The notes: a model not told the origin generated them from the sequence alone. A stretch of DNA of 48,099 nucleotides from an uncultured Verrucomicrobiota bacterium (GCA_964355375.1 CAYHFE010000001.1:27891-75989); one strand, 5' to 3'; positions 24,820 through 34,864 are shown, counted from the first letter of the stretch. Translations and numbers: made by a program.

Positions 24820-26946
24820 TCAGATTCGTTTCTCCAGTTCACGGTGATTGAGTTTGCCCGTGCCCAGTTTCGGTATCTCTCGCACCACCCGGATCTCACG
24901 CGGCATGCAGAGATTGGTCAGCCCCTTGGCTTTGATGGCGGCGCGGATCTCATCAAGGCGGAGGCGTGGTTCGTTCGTTACCGCGATAAGCATTTCGCCT
25001 TTTTCTTCGTCCGGACGACTCAGGACTGCCACTTCGCAGCGCAATCCGTAGTGCGGAAAGGCTCCGGCCAGAGCTTCCTCCACCGCCGTGAGACTGACCA
25101 TCTCACCGCTGACTTTGGCGAATCGTTTGAGTCGGCCCAGAATATGAACGAAGCCCGCCTCGTCCACGCGCACAATGTCGCCGGTGTCATACCAACCCCC
25201 GAGCTTCTGGAACGTGGCATTGGCGTCGGCGTTCAAGTAACCGCGCATGATGTTGGGTCCGCGGACCAGCAATCGACCGCCCTCGGCCACGCCTTCGACC
25301 GGTTCGAGCCGGTACTCGACTCCGGGGACGAAGCGACCGGCCGTGCCGAAGGCCGGCTGAAGCGGGGTGTTGACGCTGAGACACGGGCTGCACTCGGTCG
25401 CGCCGTAGCCCTCCAGAATCCGCACGCCAAAGCGCCGCGCCCAGGACGCGGCTGTGGCTTCCTGGAGCTTTTCCGCGGCGGCCATGAGGAGGCGCACGGT
25501 GCGAAAGTCGTAGGGATGAGCCTTGCGCGCGTAACCGTTAAGAAACGTGTTGGTGCTGAGGAAGACGGTGCAGTCGCGGTCGTAAATCGCCGCCGGAACC
25601 ACGCGGTAGTGCAACGGAGACGGATAAATAAACGTGTAGAGGCCTCGGATGAGCGGCAGGAGGGTGCCGACCGTCAGACCGAAGCTATGGAAGAGGGGCA
25701 AGGCGTTGAAGAGGCGGTCGTCGTCCCGCAGATCGATGACCCCGAGCATTTGGCGGACGTTGGCCAAGAGGTTTCGATGAGAGAGTTCGACCCCTTTCGG
25801 CACGCCTTCGGAGCCGCTCGTGAAGAGAATCACCGCGGGGCTGCCGGGTTCGGCGGCACCCAGCCGCGACAGGGGTTGCCAGGTTTGACGCAGCAACCCC
25901 GCGAGCTTGCGGACTCGGGAAATGCCGAGGCGAACGTCGTCGAGATAAACGATTTCGAGGCCCGCTTGCCGGAACGGTGCCAGGTTGAGCTTGGCTCTCT
26001 CCTCGAAGACCCGCGAGGTGATGATATGACGCAATCCGGCGAGCTGGGCGCAGGTCAGCATCATGGCCGAGCCGGTCGAGAAATTGAGCAGGGCCGGCGT
26101 CTTCTCCGCCGACCAGAGGCTGAGCACCACCAGGGGGTTGGCGTTGACATTGGGGAGCAGCACGCCAATGCGAGTGCCGGGGTCGGAGCCAAAGCGGTTC
26201 CGCCACTGCTCCGCGAGTACGCGGACGCCGACCAGAAGGCGCCGATAGGTCAGTTCCTGGTGGGTGGCGTCTTCGAGGATGAGGGTGTGCGGCCGATGTC
26301 GGGCCATCTCCGCGATCGCCGCCAAGGGCGTGGGGGCGCCGTGATCCATTTCCACTTCAAACTGGTGCTTCATCATCTGATCGAGCAGCCAGGTGGTCAT
26401 GCGCTGGCGGGCCAGGGTCGTGCTGAGCTCCCGGAGTGTCGGTGGCTGCAAGACGGAGCTGAAATGAGCGGTGACCCGCGGAAACCACTGCGTCCATCCG
26501 GTGTGCCGAACCCAGGGGAGCCGCTGGGCGCCGCGCAGATAGCAGGTAATGACCCGCGCAGGGGTTTTGTGGAGGAGGAATCCGGTCCCGTCGAACAGCT
26601 TCATGAGCGTTCCGGTTTTGGAGATTCGACCCTCGGCGAAGAGAACGAGGCGTCCGCCCTTCTGCAGGAACTCCGCCATCCGTTTGACCGCGTAGGGCGA
26701 AGTGGTATCGATCGGAAAAGTGAAGCGATTCAACATGAGGCGCCGGTGCAGCCAGGAGGTCTGCGCGGTCGTGCTCGATGTCACAAATTTCCAGTCGTCC
26801 CCCAGGCAAACGCAGAGAAAGAGCCAATCGAGCCAGGAGGCGTGATTGGGAATCAAGAGCACAGGCCCGGTGGCGTCCAGGACCGAATCGTTGTGGGCCT
26901 TGAAACGAAAGAGCAATCTGACGAGGAAACGGAGAATCCTTTTCAT
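24820..26946 (-). CDS. aas: bifunctional 2-acylglycerophosphoethanolamine acyltransferase / acyl-ACP synthetase (Aas-like)
   Basis: 708 aa. The N-terminal PlsC acyltransferase has the 'NHASWLD' (HX4D) motif. The C-terminal AMP-binding domain has 'ILFTSGSEGVPKGV', 'YGATE' and 'GWYDTGD'. This is the same two-domain order and size as E. coli Aas. Confidence 0.8.
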   Translation of the reverse strand: MKRILRFLVRLLFRFKAHNDSVLDATGPVLLIPNHASWLDWLFLCVCLGDDWKFVTSSTTAQTSWLHRRLMLNRFTFPIDTTSPYAVKRMAEFLQKGGRLVLFAEGRISKTGTLMKLFDGTGFLLHKTPARVITCYLRGAQRLPWVRHTGWTQWFPRVTAHFSSVLQPPTLRELSTTLARQRMTTWLLDQMMKHQFEVEMDHGAPTPLAAIAEMARHRPHTLILEDATHQELTYRRLLVGVRVLAEQWRNRFGSDPGTRIGVLLPNVNANPLVVLSLWSAEKTPALLNFSTGSAMMLTCAQLAGLRHIITSRVFEERAKLNLAPFRQAGLEIVYLDDVRLGISRVRKLAGLLRQTWQPLSRLGAAEPGSPAVILFTSGSEGVPKGVELSHRNLLANVRQMLGVIDLRDDDRLFNALPLFHSFGLTVGTLLPLIRGLYTFIYPSPLHYRVVPAAIYDRDCTVFLSTNTFLNGYARKAHPYDFRTVRLLMAAAEKLQEATAASWARRFGVRILEGYGATECSPCLSVNTPLQPAFGTAGRFVPGVEYRLEPVEGVAEGGRLLVRGPNIMRGYLNADANATFQKLGGWYDTGDIVRVDEAGFVHILGRLKRFAKVSGEMVSLTAVEEALAGAFPHYGLRCEVAVLSRPDEEKGEMLIAVTNEPRLRLDEIRAAIKAKGLTNLCMPREIRVVREIPKLGTGKLNHRELEKRI

Positions 26947-27217
26947 GCCCGGATAGAGTTAGGTTGGTGACAGACGGTCCGAAGTGGGTGGCGGGTTGGC
27001 TGGCGGTTGGGCACTTATCCGGCCGGCGATGAAAGTGCCGATTTCTCCCGCGGAGCTGACCACGAAAGCCGTGTTCTCAAAGTCGGATGGGCCGATCGGC
27101 TTCTTGCCGCCGATGATGAGAAATCGCTCATGTTGCCGACACCAGGCTTTGCATAGACCCCGGTGAAGCCGACGCATTGCAGGAGAAGCGACTCGGGAGC
27201 TTCATAGGGAGCCAAGG

Positions 27218-27682
27218 TTAGAGGCGAATGGCCGAGAAGCGATTGGCGTTGTCGCAGAGTCGGGCCAGGTCGGCTGTGAGTTGCCGGGCGCGAGGGATCG
27301 GGAGATCCCCCCAGACGGCTTCGGCCGCGCGGTGATACTCCGGGAGAATCTGGCCGAGGATCGTTTGTCCGGCCGGGGTCAGAACCACGCGATAGGCCCG
27401 TCGATCCGAGGCGGTGTCGCGGCGTTGCACCAGGCGCCGGGCTTCCAGGCGATCGATCAAACCGGTGACGTTGGATCGATGCATGATCAGTTGGCGGCTG
27501 AGGTCCGTTTGCGAAAGTCCGTCCGGATGATCGGAGAGCAGATGGAGCACATTGAACTGGCTGGGACTGAGCTTCCAGCGGTCAAAAAAGACCCGGCTGG
27601 CATTCCAGAGCGTTTCGGCGGTGCGGAGCAATTGCAGGAGGGCGTGATAGCGCGGACTTGGCAAGCGTTGGGAACGGGCCAT
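27218..27682 (-). CDS. MarR-family transcriptional regulator
   Basis: From the ATG at 27682: 'MARSQRLPSPRYHALLQLLRTAETLW...LSPSQFNVLHLLSDHPDGLSQTDLSRQLIMHRSNVTGLIDRLEARRLVQR'. This is a winged-HTH MarR pattern. The longer ORF start at 27847 would overlap the upstream gene. Confidence 0.85.
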   Translation of the reverse strand: MARSQRLPSPRYHALLQLLRTAETLWNASRVFFDRWKLSPSQFNVLHLLSDHPDGLSQTDLSRQLIMHRSNVTGLIDRLEARRLVQRRDTASDRRAYRVVLTPAGQTILGQILPEYHRAAEAVWGDLPIPRARQLTADLARLCDNANRFSAIRL

Positions 27683-27758
27683 GGCATAAAGGTTAGAGAT
27701 AGACTGTTGAGATGTCAACATTAGGATCGTGCCAAAAAACCCCGGGGGCAACGATGGG

Positions 27759-29804
27759 TTAGCGGGCGACAACCCGGAAGAAAAGGGGGGCAGCGCCGGA
27801 GGTGGCGGTCGTCGCTTGAAAGAGGCGCTCCGGTTCGAGGAGGTCAATGCGCGCGGCGGCGTCGGTGGTCCACGGCCCGGTGACCGAGGCGGCCACCTGC
27901 AACTCCAAGCGGGCGCCGGGCGGATTGCTCGCTTGGAAGGTGATCCGCACTTGGCTGGGCGGCAGTCTCCGGATTGCAGTGATGGTTAGGCTGGGAGGAG
28001 GAGTTTCTCCGATCTGGGAGGTGACGAGTTTAGCGGGTCCCCATGGCCACAGCCGCTGGGCCAGGAGGGCTCGAACACGGAGGGAATAGTCGGCCGTTTG
28101 GCTAGGCTCGAAGGCAAACGATAGGGACGTGGAAGCCGTCGAAATTTGCTCCTCGAGAAGTTCCTCGGTCTCGGTGAGCTGGATGTCGTCCAGGTAGAAG
28201 CCGACGCCGCGGGCCGTTTGGCTATAGTAGATGCCCTGCGAAAAAGCGTAGCGAAAGCGAAGGAGGATTTCCTCTCCGGCGTAGGCCCCCAGGGAAACCT
28301 GCTGTGAGGAGAAGGAAGTTTGACCTTGATCGCCGCGGCCCACCTGTTGCCAGAGATCGGTCCACGTCGCGCCGCCGTCGGCCGAGATTTCAGCCAGGGC
28401 GGTCTGGGCCGGGCCGGCGTAGCCCAATCGGCTGGAGAAGAGCAATTGCGAGGTTGATCGAGGGCGAAAAAGGCGATTCAAAGTCAGGAGCTGGTCCTCC
28501 GGTTGCGGGTGGGCGAGATGAAACGCGGCTTGGCCCGAGGCTTTGACGGTGGGGTCGAGGACGTCGTATCCGCTGGATGCTTGAACCGTGACGCGGGTCA
28601 GTCCAGCTTCGGCGCCCTCGGTTGCCGCAAAGCGAACCCGGCGTGCCGACTTCCATTGATAGCCGGTGGCGCCGGCCACCGGCGTGAACTGATAGAGATT
28701 GGGCCGGTTCGACGCGGGCGAGTCCGGGCCCGTGACCGCCGGGGGAGAATAAGGCACGATCCAATCGAGCTTGACGCTGCTCTTGTTGGAGACGTTGACG
28801 ACTCGGGACACGTCGGGCCATCCGGAAATGGAGAAGGCGACGGTGTAAGAGCCATCAGCGGAGACTGGCACCGAGTAACCACCGGAGGACGCGGTGACGG
28901 CGTAATAGGGCGAACCGGTCACTTTGACGGTGATGCCCGGGATACCTTCGCCAAGGTCGTAGAAGAGGTTGGCGTTGAAATCGTAGAAGGCGACACCGGT
29001 GACGAACGGCGTCAGAGTGCGGGGTCGTCCAAAGTCCTGGGTGACCACTTGCGGTCCCGAGGTGCCGTTGCGACCGTTGACGACACCAATGCCCACTTCG
29101 AGGTAGTCTGGTTCGTGGATGGTCAGCCGGTGGCCGGGTGGATCCTGCATGCCGCCGGTCGCGGCCGAGCCGCCCCAATCCACATCGAAGGCGACGTGAC
29201 CGTGCCAGACGGATTTGGCGTTCGCGAAAACATTCTCACCGACGAAAGTCCAATCATAACCCTGGGTCGTGATGCGGCTGGGAATGGTGCTGCCGTCGGT
29301 TCCGTCGTGTCCCTGATATTGGCCGACGAGCATGTCTTGGCTGTGGATTCGCGCGGCGGCCGTGAGGCGGGAGTTCATGGAAAGCGGAGGGGTCGGACGG
29401 AGAGCGGCGATCTGAGCCGCCATCCGATTGAGATCGACGGAGAAGAACTCGTAACCGCCCAGGACCTTAGGGTCTTGGGTTTCCTGGTAGCGCGCGGCCG
29501 CGGCGGCCGGATTGGCGCGGGCCCGATTGATGAATTCGAGATAGAGCTGCTCTTCATCAGTGGGGTCACCGATCGAATAGAGTTTGAGCGCAACGGCGAG
29601 CGAGCTCTGGCGAAATGGGTCGGCGGCGCGGCCGTCGTCTTCCGACGCGGGCCGACGGAGCGAAGGCGGCGCGGGCGGCGGTGCGACTTGCGCGAGAGAT
29701 GGCGACGGGCGAGGAACCGGGGCCGCATCAGGTCGCTCCGAGCCGAAACCGATCGCGAGCAGAGTCAGGAGGCAGATCCGAAACGGGCGAGAGAATCGGT
29801 TCAT
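27759..29804 (-). CDS. secreted CAP/SCP (PR-1-like) domain protein with C-terminal beta-sandwich domains
   Basis: Signal peptide 'MNRFSRPFRICLLTLLAIGF'. CAP-domain region 'FINRARANP...RLTAAARIHSQDMLVGQYQGHDGTDGS...VGENV'. A CarboxypepD_reg-like segment 'ITVKVTGSPYYAVTASSGGYSVPV' follows. Confidence 0.75.
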   Translation of the reverse strand: MNRFSRPFRICLLTLLAIGFGSERPDAAPVPRPSPSLAQVAPPPAPPSLRRPASEDDGRAADPFRQSSLAVALKLYSIGDPTDEEQLYLEFINRARANPAAAAARYQETQDPKVLGGYEFFSVDLNRMAAQIAALRPTPPLSMNSRLTAAARIHSQDMLVGQYQGHDGTDGSTIPSRITTQGYDWTFVGENVFANAKSVWHGHVAFDVDWGGSAATGGMQDPPGHRLTIHEPDYLEVGIGVVNGRNGTSGPQVVTQDFGRPRTLTPFVTGVAFYDFNANLFYDLGEGIPGITVKVTGSPYYAVTASSGGYSVPVSADGSYTVAFSISGWPDVSRVVNVSNKSSVKLDWIVPYSPPAVTGPDSPASNRPNLYQFTPVAGATGYQWKSARRVRFAATEGAEAGLTRVTVQASSGYDVLDPTVKASGQAAFHLAHPQPEDQLLTLNRLFRPRSTSQLLFSSRLGYAGPAQTALAEISADGGATWTDLWQQVGRGDQGQTSFSSQQVSLGAYAGEEILLRFRYAFSQGIYYSQTARGVGFYLDDIQLTETEELLEEQISTASTSLSFAFEPSQTADYSLRVRALLAQRLWPWGPAKLVTSQIGETPPPSLTITAIRRLPPSQVRITFQASNPPGARLELQVAASVTGPWTTDAAARIDLLEPERLFQATTATSGAAPLFFRVVAR

Positions 29805-29878
29805 TTTTCCAGGGTGTTGGTGATCTGGCAGTGGTTCCGCGAATCTCGGGCGCGCAGCGAGGGAACGGAGTCGTCTGG

Positions 29879-30397
29879 TCAGGACGGAGGCCGGTCATTT
29901 TCGAGGAGCACGATTCGCAAGCCGCCCGTCTTTTGATTTGGGGCGGTGAAATTCTCGAGAAGGCTGGGAGCGGCGCCGAGGGTGGCGGGGTTCGAGGGCT
30001 GGGGCGTCTCGCAGGGTGCGACACTCGCGGTCAGAGCCGAGCGGAGCGCGCCCTCGACCAATTGCGAACAGTGGATTTTCATGGGCGGCAGCGGTCCGAG
30101 ATCTTGGGACAGTTGTTCGCCGGAGAGCGCGAGGGCTTCCTCCGGGGTTTTGCCGCGGATCATTTCCGTCGCCAGACTGGCCACGGCGATGGCGGTTTCA
30201 CAGCCAAAGGATTGAAACGTCGCCCGATCGATGATCTTCCGTCCTTTCTCTTCTTTGAATTTGATCCAGAGGCGCAGCATTTCGCCGCAGCCGGAATTGC
30301 CGACGGTGCCGACGGCGTCCGCGCCCTCCATTTCTCCCATGTTTTTTGGATCACGAATCGCTTCGGCGAGTCGTTGCGGCAAGTCGTTTTCGTTCAT
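29879..30397 (-). CDS. IscU/NifU N-terminal-type Fe-S scaffold protein
   Basis: Three scaffold cysteines in 'GNSGCGEM', 'SFGCETAIA' and 'KIHCSQL'. There is a 4-nt overlap with the upstream rhodanese gene. Confidence 0.85.
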   Translation of the reverse strand: MNENDLPQRLAEAIRDPKNMGEMEGADAVGTVGNSGCGEMLRLWIKFKEEKGRKIIDRATFQSFGCETAIAVASLATEMIRGKTPEEALALSGEQLSQDLGPLPPMKIHCSQLVEGALRSALTASVAPCETPQPSNPATLGAAPSLLENFTAPNQKTGGLRIVLLENDRPPS

Positions 30398-30960
30398 GGC
30401 TGAGGGGTCTTTTCCACGCGGTAGCGGGGCAGGTTGGTCTCGATCTCTCGAGCCCAGGCGTCAATCCCTCCGCGCAGACAGCGCACCTTCTCGAAACCAT
30501 GTCCGAGGAAGTAAGCTGCGGCGTCGAGGCCGTGTTGGCCCTGGTGATCGATGATGACGAACGTTTGCTGGCGAGGCCAATGGGCCATGATCTCCTGAAC
30601 CGTCGGCTGGGACATGAGCACTGAGCCGGCGATTCGCACCGCCTCAAACTCCTCGCGCGCGCGGACGTCGAGAAGTTTGAGCGACCGATCTTGGGCGAGC
30701 ATCTGGGCCAGCTCGGCGGGCGAGAGGAGAATCATCGCGTCCTGCTCATGGCTGGTCTGGATGTGTCGCAGCACCTCCTCGACGGGGAGGTTGTTGTTGC
30801 GCTGGCAGAGCTGCTCGAGCGTTTCACCCGGTTGAAATCCGCAACTGCTGCAGCCACCGATGTGATAACGGCGGAAGAGCGCGCGCTGGGCTCCCGGGAA
30901 TGCCTCGAGCACTTCCGCCATGGTGCTGCCAGGGCCAAGGGATGAAACAAGTGCGGACAT
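30394..30960 (-). CDS. DUF1858 (redox-disulfide) plus rhodanese domain protein
   Basis: N-terminal 'MAEVLEAFPGAQRALFRRYHIGGCSSCGF', then a rhodanese fold 'LKLLDVRAREEFEAVRIAGS...IIDHQGQHG...GGIDAW'. Confidence 0.8.
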   Translation of the reverse strand: MSALVSSLGPGSTMAEVLEAFPGAQRALFRRYHIGGCSSCGFQPGETLEQLCQRNNNLPVEEVLRHIQTSHEQDAMILLSPAELAQMLAQDRSLKLLDVRAREEFEAVRIAGSVLMSQPTVQEIMAHWPRQQTFVIIDHQGQHGLDAAAYFLGHGFEKVRCLRGGIDAWAREIETNLPRYRVEKTPQP

Positions 30961-30966
30961 AAAGGT

Positions 30967-32235
30967 TCAAGTGGAAGCGCCGAAGAACTTGAGAATTTCT
31001 TTCAAAACGGCGAGGAAGCGATCCACTTCGGCGCGGGTGTTGTAGAAGTAGAAGCTGGCCCGAGCGGTGGCCGGGACGCCCAATTTCTTCATCAGGGGCT
31101 GATTGCAATGGTGACCGCCGCGCAAGGCCACGCCGAGTTGATCCGCGGCGGTGACCAAGTCATGGGCGTGGACTTCGTTCATGAGAAAGCTGACCAATCC
31201 CGCCCGCCCGGTCGGTGGTCCAAAGAGGCGCAGGCCGGGCAGTCGGGAAAGTCCGTCGTAGGCGTAAGCGCCGAGCTCTTGATCGTAGCGGGCGATGTGG
31301 GGGCGCCCCAGGGCCTCGAGATAATCCATGGCAGCGTGGAGGCCGATGGCGCCGCAGATATGCGGCGTGCCGGCTTCGAACTTGTGCGGGACTTGGTTCC
31401 ATGTGCTGCGGTCGAAATCCACCGAGGAGATCATGTCGCCGCCACCTTGGTAGGGTGGCGTGGCTTCGAGTTGTTCGAGGCGACCAAAAAGCACTCCCAT
31501 GCCGGTCGGGCCGCACATTTTGTGGCTGGAAAAGGCCAGGAAATCGCAACCAATCTCCTGCACATCCAGGACGGTATGACCGGCGCTTTGGGCGGCGTCG
31601 ATCACGGTCAAGGCGCCGACCTGGCGAGCGCGGGCGCAGAGGTCCTGGATGGGGTTGATGACGCCGAGCGTGTTGGAGATATGAGTCAGGGCGAACACCT
31701 TCACCTGGGGGGTCAGGAATTCAGGCAAACGGCGGAGGTCCAGCTCTCCGGTTGCCGGAACGATCGGCAAATAGCGCACCTTGGCTCCGACCCGCTCCGC
31801 CAGCATTTGCCAGGGAACGATGTTGCTGTGGTGCTCCATCTCCGTCAGCAGAATGTGGTCACCGGCTTTGACGTATTGATTGCCCCAGGCCTGCGCGACC
31901 AGATTCAAGCCTTCGGTGGTGCCGCGGGTGAAGATGATTTCCTGGGCGCTCTGGGCGTTGATGAATTGAGCCGTGCGGTGGCGGGCGGCCTCGTAGGCGG
32001 CGCTGGCGCGATGGCTTAATTCGTGAACGCCGCGATGCACGTTGGCGTTGTCATGTTCGTAGTAGTGGCGCAAGGCGTCGATGACTTGCCGGGGCTTTTG
32101 GCTGGTCGCGGCGTTGTCGAGATAGACGAGCGGGTGCCCGTGAACCATCTGATCCAAAATGGGGAAATCCGCGCGAACCCGGGCCGGATCGAAGGGCTCC
32201 GAATTCGTGGGAGTGCGGCAATGATCGAGGTTCAT
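30967..32235 (-). CDS. sufS: cysteine desulfurase, SufS family
   Basis: Class V aminotransferase with PLP lysine 'AFSSHKMCGPTG', catalytic loop 'RGGHHCNQPL' and 'YLDNAATSQKP'. Confidence 0.93.
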   Translation of the reverse strand: MNLDHCRTPTNSEPFDPARVRADFPILDQMVHGHPLVYLDNAATSQKPRQVIDALRHYYEHDNANVHRGVHELSHRASAAYEAARHRTAQFINAQSAQEIIFTRGTTEGLNLVAQAWGNQYVKAGDHILLTEMEHHSNIVPWQMLAERVGAKVRYLPIVPATGELDLRRLPEFLTPQVKVFALTHISNTLGVINPIQDLCARARQVGALTVIDAAQSAGHTVLDVQEIGCDFLAFSSHKMCGPTGMGVLFGRLEQLEATPPYQGGGDMISSVDFDRSTWNQVPHKFEAGTPHICGAIGLHAAMDYLEALGRPHIARYDQELGAYAYDGLSRLPGLRLFGPPTGRAGLVSFLMNEVHAHDLVTAADQLGVALRGGHHCNQPLMKKLGVPATARASFYFYNTRAEVDRFLAVLKEILKFFGAST

Positions 32236-32316
32236 CCGAGAGAGGAATCCTGGGCGGCGATTCTGGCGGAGCCGAAGCCACTGCTGGCCCCCGGGTTCTG
32301 CGAGCGGGGATTCATC

Positions 32317-32874
32317 TCAATACAGACCGAGTTGGAGCCGGGCCGCCTCGCTCATCATGGCTTGGTTCCAGGGCGGATCCCAGACGAGTTCGACTTCAAC
32401 ATCATCGACGCCTTCCAGGGACAACAATCTGTTTTGGACATCCTGTTGCAGCATGGGGCCCATGCCGCAGCCCGGGGCGGTCAAGGTCATCTTCACTTGG
32501 ACCCGGTGCCCGGCACCGTCGGGCAAGGGCGAGAGGGCGCAATCGTAAATCAATCCCAGATCGACGATGTTCACCGGAATCTCCGGATCGTAACAACTGC
32601 GCATCTGATCCCAGATTTGTTTCTCGAGGTGTTCCTGGCTGACGGGCTGAGGGGACGGCGAGACCGTCGGCGCGGACGTTTTGGCGAACCCGAGAGCGTC
32701 GGCATTCTGAGGGTCAATCCGAAACATATTGCCGTTGACCACGACCGTGTAGCTGCCCCCGAGGGCTTGGGTGATCTGGGCCTGCTCTCCTTTTTGCAGG
32801 GTCACGAGTGTGCCGACGGGAATCATCACCGCCTCACAGTCGCGAACTAGGGTAATGGGATCATGGGTATTCAT
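32317..32874 (-). CDS. sufT: SufT-like Fe-S assembly protein (DUF59/MIP18 domain)
   Basis: The C-terminal DUF59 has 'DPEIPVNIVDLGLIY' and 'MTLTAPGCGMG'. An N-terminal ~80-aa extension is present, as in SufT. Confidence 0.8.
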   Translation of the reverse strand: MNTHDPITLVRDCEAVMIPVGTLVTLQKGEQAQITQALGGSYTVVVNGNMFRIDPQNADALGFAKTSAPTVSPSPQPVSQEHLEKQIWDQMRSCYDPEIPVNIVDLGLIYDCALSPLPDGAGHRVQVKMTLTAPGCGMGPMLQQDVQNRLLSLEGVDDVEVELVWDPPWNQAMMSEAARLQLGLY

Positions 32875-32913
32875 GGATGGACTGAGATGAGCGATTCACG
32901 ATTTCGGCGCGGT

Positions 32914-33360
32914 CTATTCGGTCGAGACGGGATCGGCTTGGCCATCGATCGCGGCGACGACGGCGTGCCACGGCAGGATCGCGCACTTGACGCGGGCGGG
33001 AAATTTATGCACTCCGGCGAAGACCGCGAGTTTGCCGACGCTTTCGGGCTCAACCTTGCCGGTGGTCACCATCTCGTGGACTTTTCCAAAGAGTCGTTTG
33101 ACCTCGTCGATGGTCTTCCCTTTCAAGCTATCGGTGAGCAACGAGGCGGACGCTTTGGAAATGGCGCAGCCGGAGCCCTGGAAACTGATGTCTTGGACGA
33201 CGTTGTCCTCGAGCCGGACGAAAACGGTGATCTGGTCTCCGCAAAGGGGGTTTTTGCCTTCGGCGACGCGGTTGGCGGTCGGCAATTTGAGGAAATTGCG
33301 CGGGCTTCGGCTGTGGTCCAGAATCACCTGCTGATAGAGATCATTCAGATCTTCAAACAT
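32914..33360 (-). CDS. sufU: SufU-type sulfur-transfer/scaffold protein
   Basis: 'LYQQVILDHSRSPRNF...NPLCGDQITV...FQGSGCAISKASASLL...FPARVKCAILPW'. Confidence 0.9.
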   Translation of the reverse strand: MFEDLNDLYQQVILDHSRSPRNFLKLPTANRVAEGKNPLCGDQITVFVRLEDNVVQDISFQGSGCAISKASASLLTDSLKGKTIDEVKRLFGKVHEMVTTGKVEPESVGKLAVFAGVHKFPARVKCAILPWHAVVAAIDGQADPVSTE

Positions 33361-33480
33361 AACGAGTCATTCTTTGCGGAGGTCGTCGGGAGTCCGTCAG
33401 CCCCGCGGTGAGGGGTGGCGAGTGCAGCGCAAAATGGGCTGGGCCCCGGCGTCTTCCACTCGTTGTTGAGATCGGCGCGG

Positions 33481-34839
33481 TCATCGCGGTTCGGCAATGT
33501 GGGGATTCTGTTCGAGCCGTTCCCAGATCAACTTGTCGAGTTCATCGCGGGCCGGTTGGTAGCGGATGCGTTCGATGATTTCTCCGGCGAACGAGTGAAT
33601 GAGCATGCGGCGGGCGGTTTCGAGCCCGATGCCGCGGGCGCGGAGGTAGAAGATCGACTCTTCGTTGAGCTGGCCGATGGTTGCGCCGTGGGTGCATTTG
33701 ACATCGTCGGCGTAAATCTCGAGTTGCGGTTTGGTGTCGATGGTCGCGTCATCGGACAAGAGGAGATTCTTGTTGGTCTGCTTGGCGTCGGTCTTCTGGG
33801 CCTCGGGCCGGACGAGAATCCGTCCGTGAAATACACCTCGGGAACGGCCGTCAAGAATGCCGTTGAAATACTCGTGGCTCTGGCAATGAGGTCGGGCATG
33901 CTCGACCACCATGTGATGGTCCACCAGTTGGTCGCCTTTGGCCAGATAGAGACCGTTCAAAATGCAGTTGACGCCCTCGCCGGCCAGGTGGGTGCGAATG
34001 TTATTGCGAGCCAGCCGAGCACCGGCGGCAATGGAATGATGAATGAAATCGCTGCCGCGATCCAAGTGGACGTGCAGGGCGGCGCAATGGAATGAATCCA
34101 GATTCTCGTCCTGGAATTTGCAGTGTTCAACCATCGCCCCTTCTTCTATGACGAGTTCCGTGGCGGTGTTGGTGCAGGAGCGGTGGCTTCCGAAGCTCAC
34201 GTAACTTTCGAGGACTGTGAGCTGACTGCCCTTTCCGGCCACGATCAGATTGCGCGGATGGGAATGAGTTCTGGAATGGGCGGCCGCCGAAATGAACAGG
34301 AGTTGGACCGGTTCCTGGAGAACCCGGCCGGCGGGAACAAAGATGAATGCGCCGTCATGGAAGAATGCGGTGTTCAACGACGCGAACGGATTGTTCTCGA
34401 ACGAAAGATGATGGGCGAGGTGTGCTCTAAGCAAAGGAGAATCGTCACGGAGAGCGTCAGCCAAGCTGCCGATGCGCACGTCGGATGGCAGCGGAGGAAG
34501 CGAGGAAAGTTCGGCGGAAAAATGTCCGTTGACGAAGACGAGACGAGGGCCGGGCAATTGGCTGAAGGTCAGGTGTCGAATGGATTCGGCCCGGACTTCG
34601 CCTGGCGCGAATTGCTCGAACGGGGCGAAGGGCAGACGGGCCATGGGCGCGACATTGGTGAATCGCCAGTCCTCATCTTTGAGTGTCGGTAGGCCGGTCG
34701 CCCCGTAGCGAGAGATGCTCGCTTGGCGCTTCTCGGCCAGCCAGGGAGGGTTCTCCACTCCAACGCGCGCGAGATTCTGGAACTGTTCCAGATACGGATC
34801 TTTCGGGTGGCTGGCGGAAGATGGTTTGGCTTGGATCAT
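33481..34839 (-). CDS. sufD: Fe-S cluster assembly protein SufD
   Basis: The C-terminal region 'LLLSDDATIDTKPQLEIYADDVKCTHGATIGQL..E.IFYLRARGI' is typical of SufD. The ATG at 34839 lies just downstream of the sufC stop (34865). Confidence 0.9.
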   Translation of the reverse strand: MIQAKPSSASHPKDPYLEQFQNLARVGVENPPWLAEKRQASISRYGATGLPTLKDEDWRFTNVAPMARLPFAPFEQFAPGEVRAESIRHLTFSQLPGPRLVFVNGHFSAELSSLPPLPSDVRIGSLADALRDDSPLLRAHLAHHLSFENNPFASLNTAFFHDGAFIFVPAGRVLQEPVQLLFISAAAHSRTHSHPRNLIVAGKGSQLTVLESYVSFGSHRSCTNTATELVIEEGAMVEHCKFQDENLDSFHCAALHVHLDRGSDFIHHSIAAGARLARNNIRTHLAGEGVNCILNGLYLAKGDQLVDHHMVVEHARPHCQSHEYFNGILDGRSRGVFHGRILVRPEAQKTDAKQTNKNLLLSDDATIDTKPQLEIYADDVKCTHGATIGQLNEESIFYLRARGIGLETARRMLIHSFAGEIIERIRYQPARDELDKLIWERLEQNPHIAEPR

Positions 34840-34864
34840 GCGGTGAGAAGGCTGAGGTGGCGGC

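Noticed and set aside
24502-26970. 822-aa plus-strand ORF. Similar long antisense ORFs occur at 28503-29936 (+), 12907-14085 (-), 16375-17310 (-), 5586-6530 (+) and 31108-32019 (+).
   Set aside because: All lie antisense to genes with strong family signatures (aas, the CAP protein, ADOP permeases, sufS). Their Arg/Gly/Ala/Pro-rich low-complexity translations are typical of shadow ORFs in GC-rich DNA.
26959-27215. Two overlapping minus-strand ORFs between aas and marR ('ERFLIIGGKKPIGPSDFENTAFVVSSAGEIGTFIAGRI' and 'YEAPESLLLQCVGFTGV'), faintly reminiscent of a carbon-nitrogen hydrolase fragment.
   Set aside because: The similarity is too weak and too short to assert by eye, and it would need a frameshift to connect the pieces. 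I left it unannotated. A profile search (PF00795) could revisit it.
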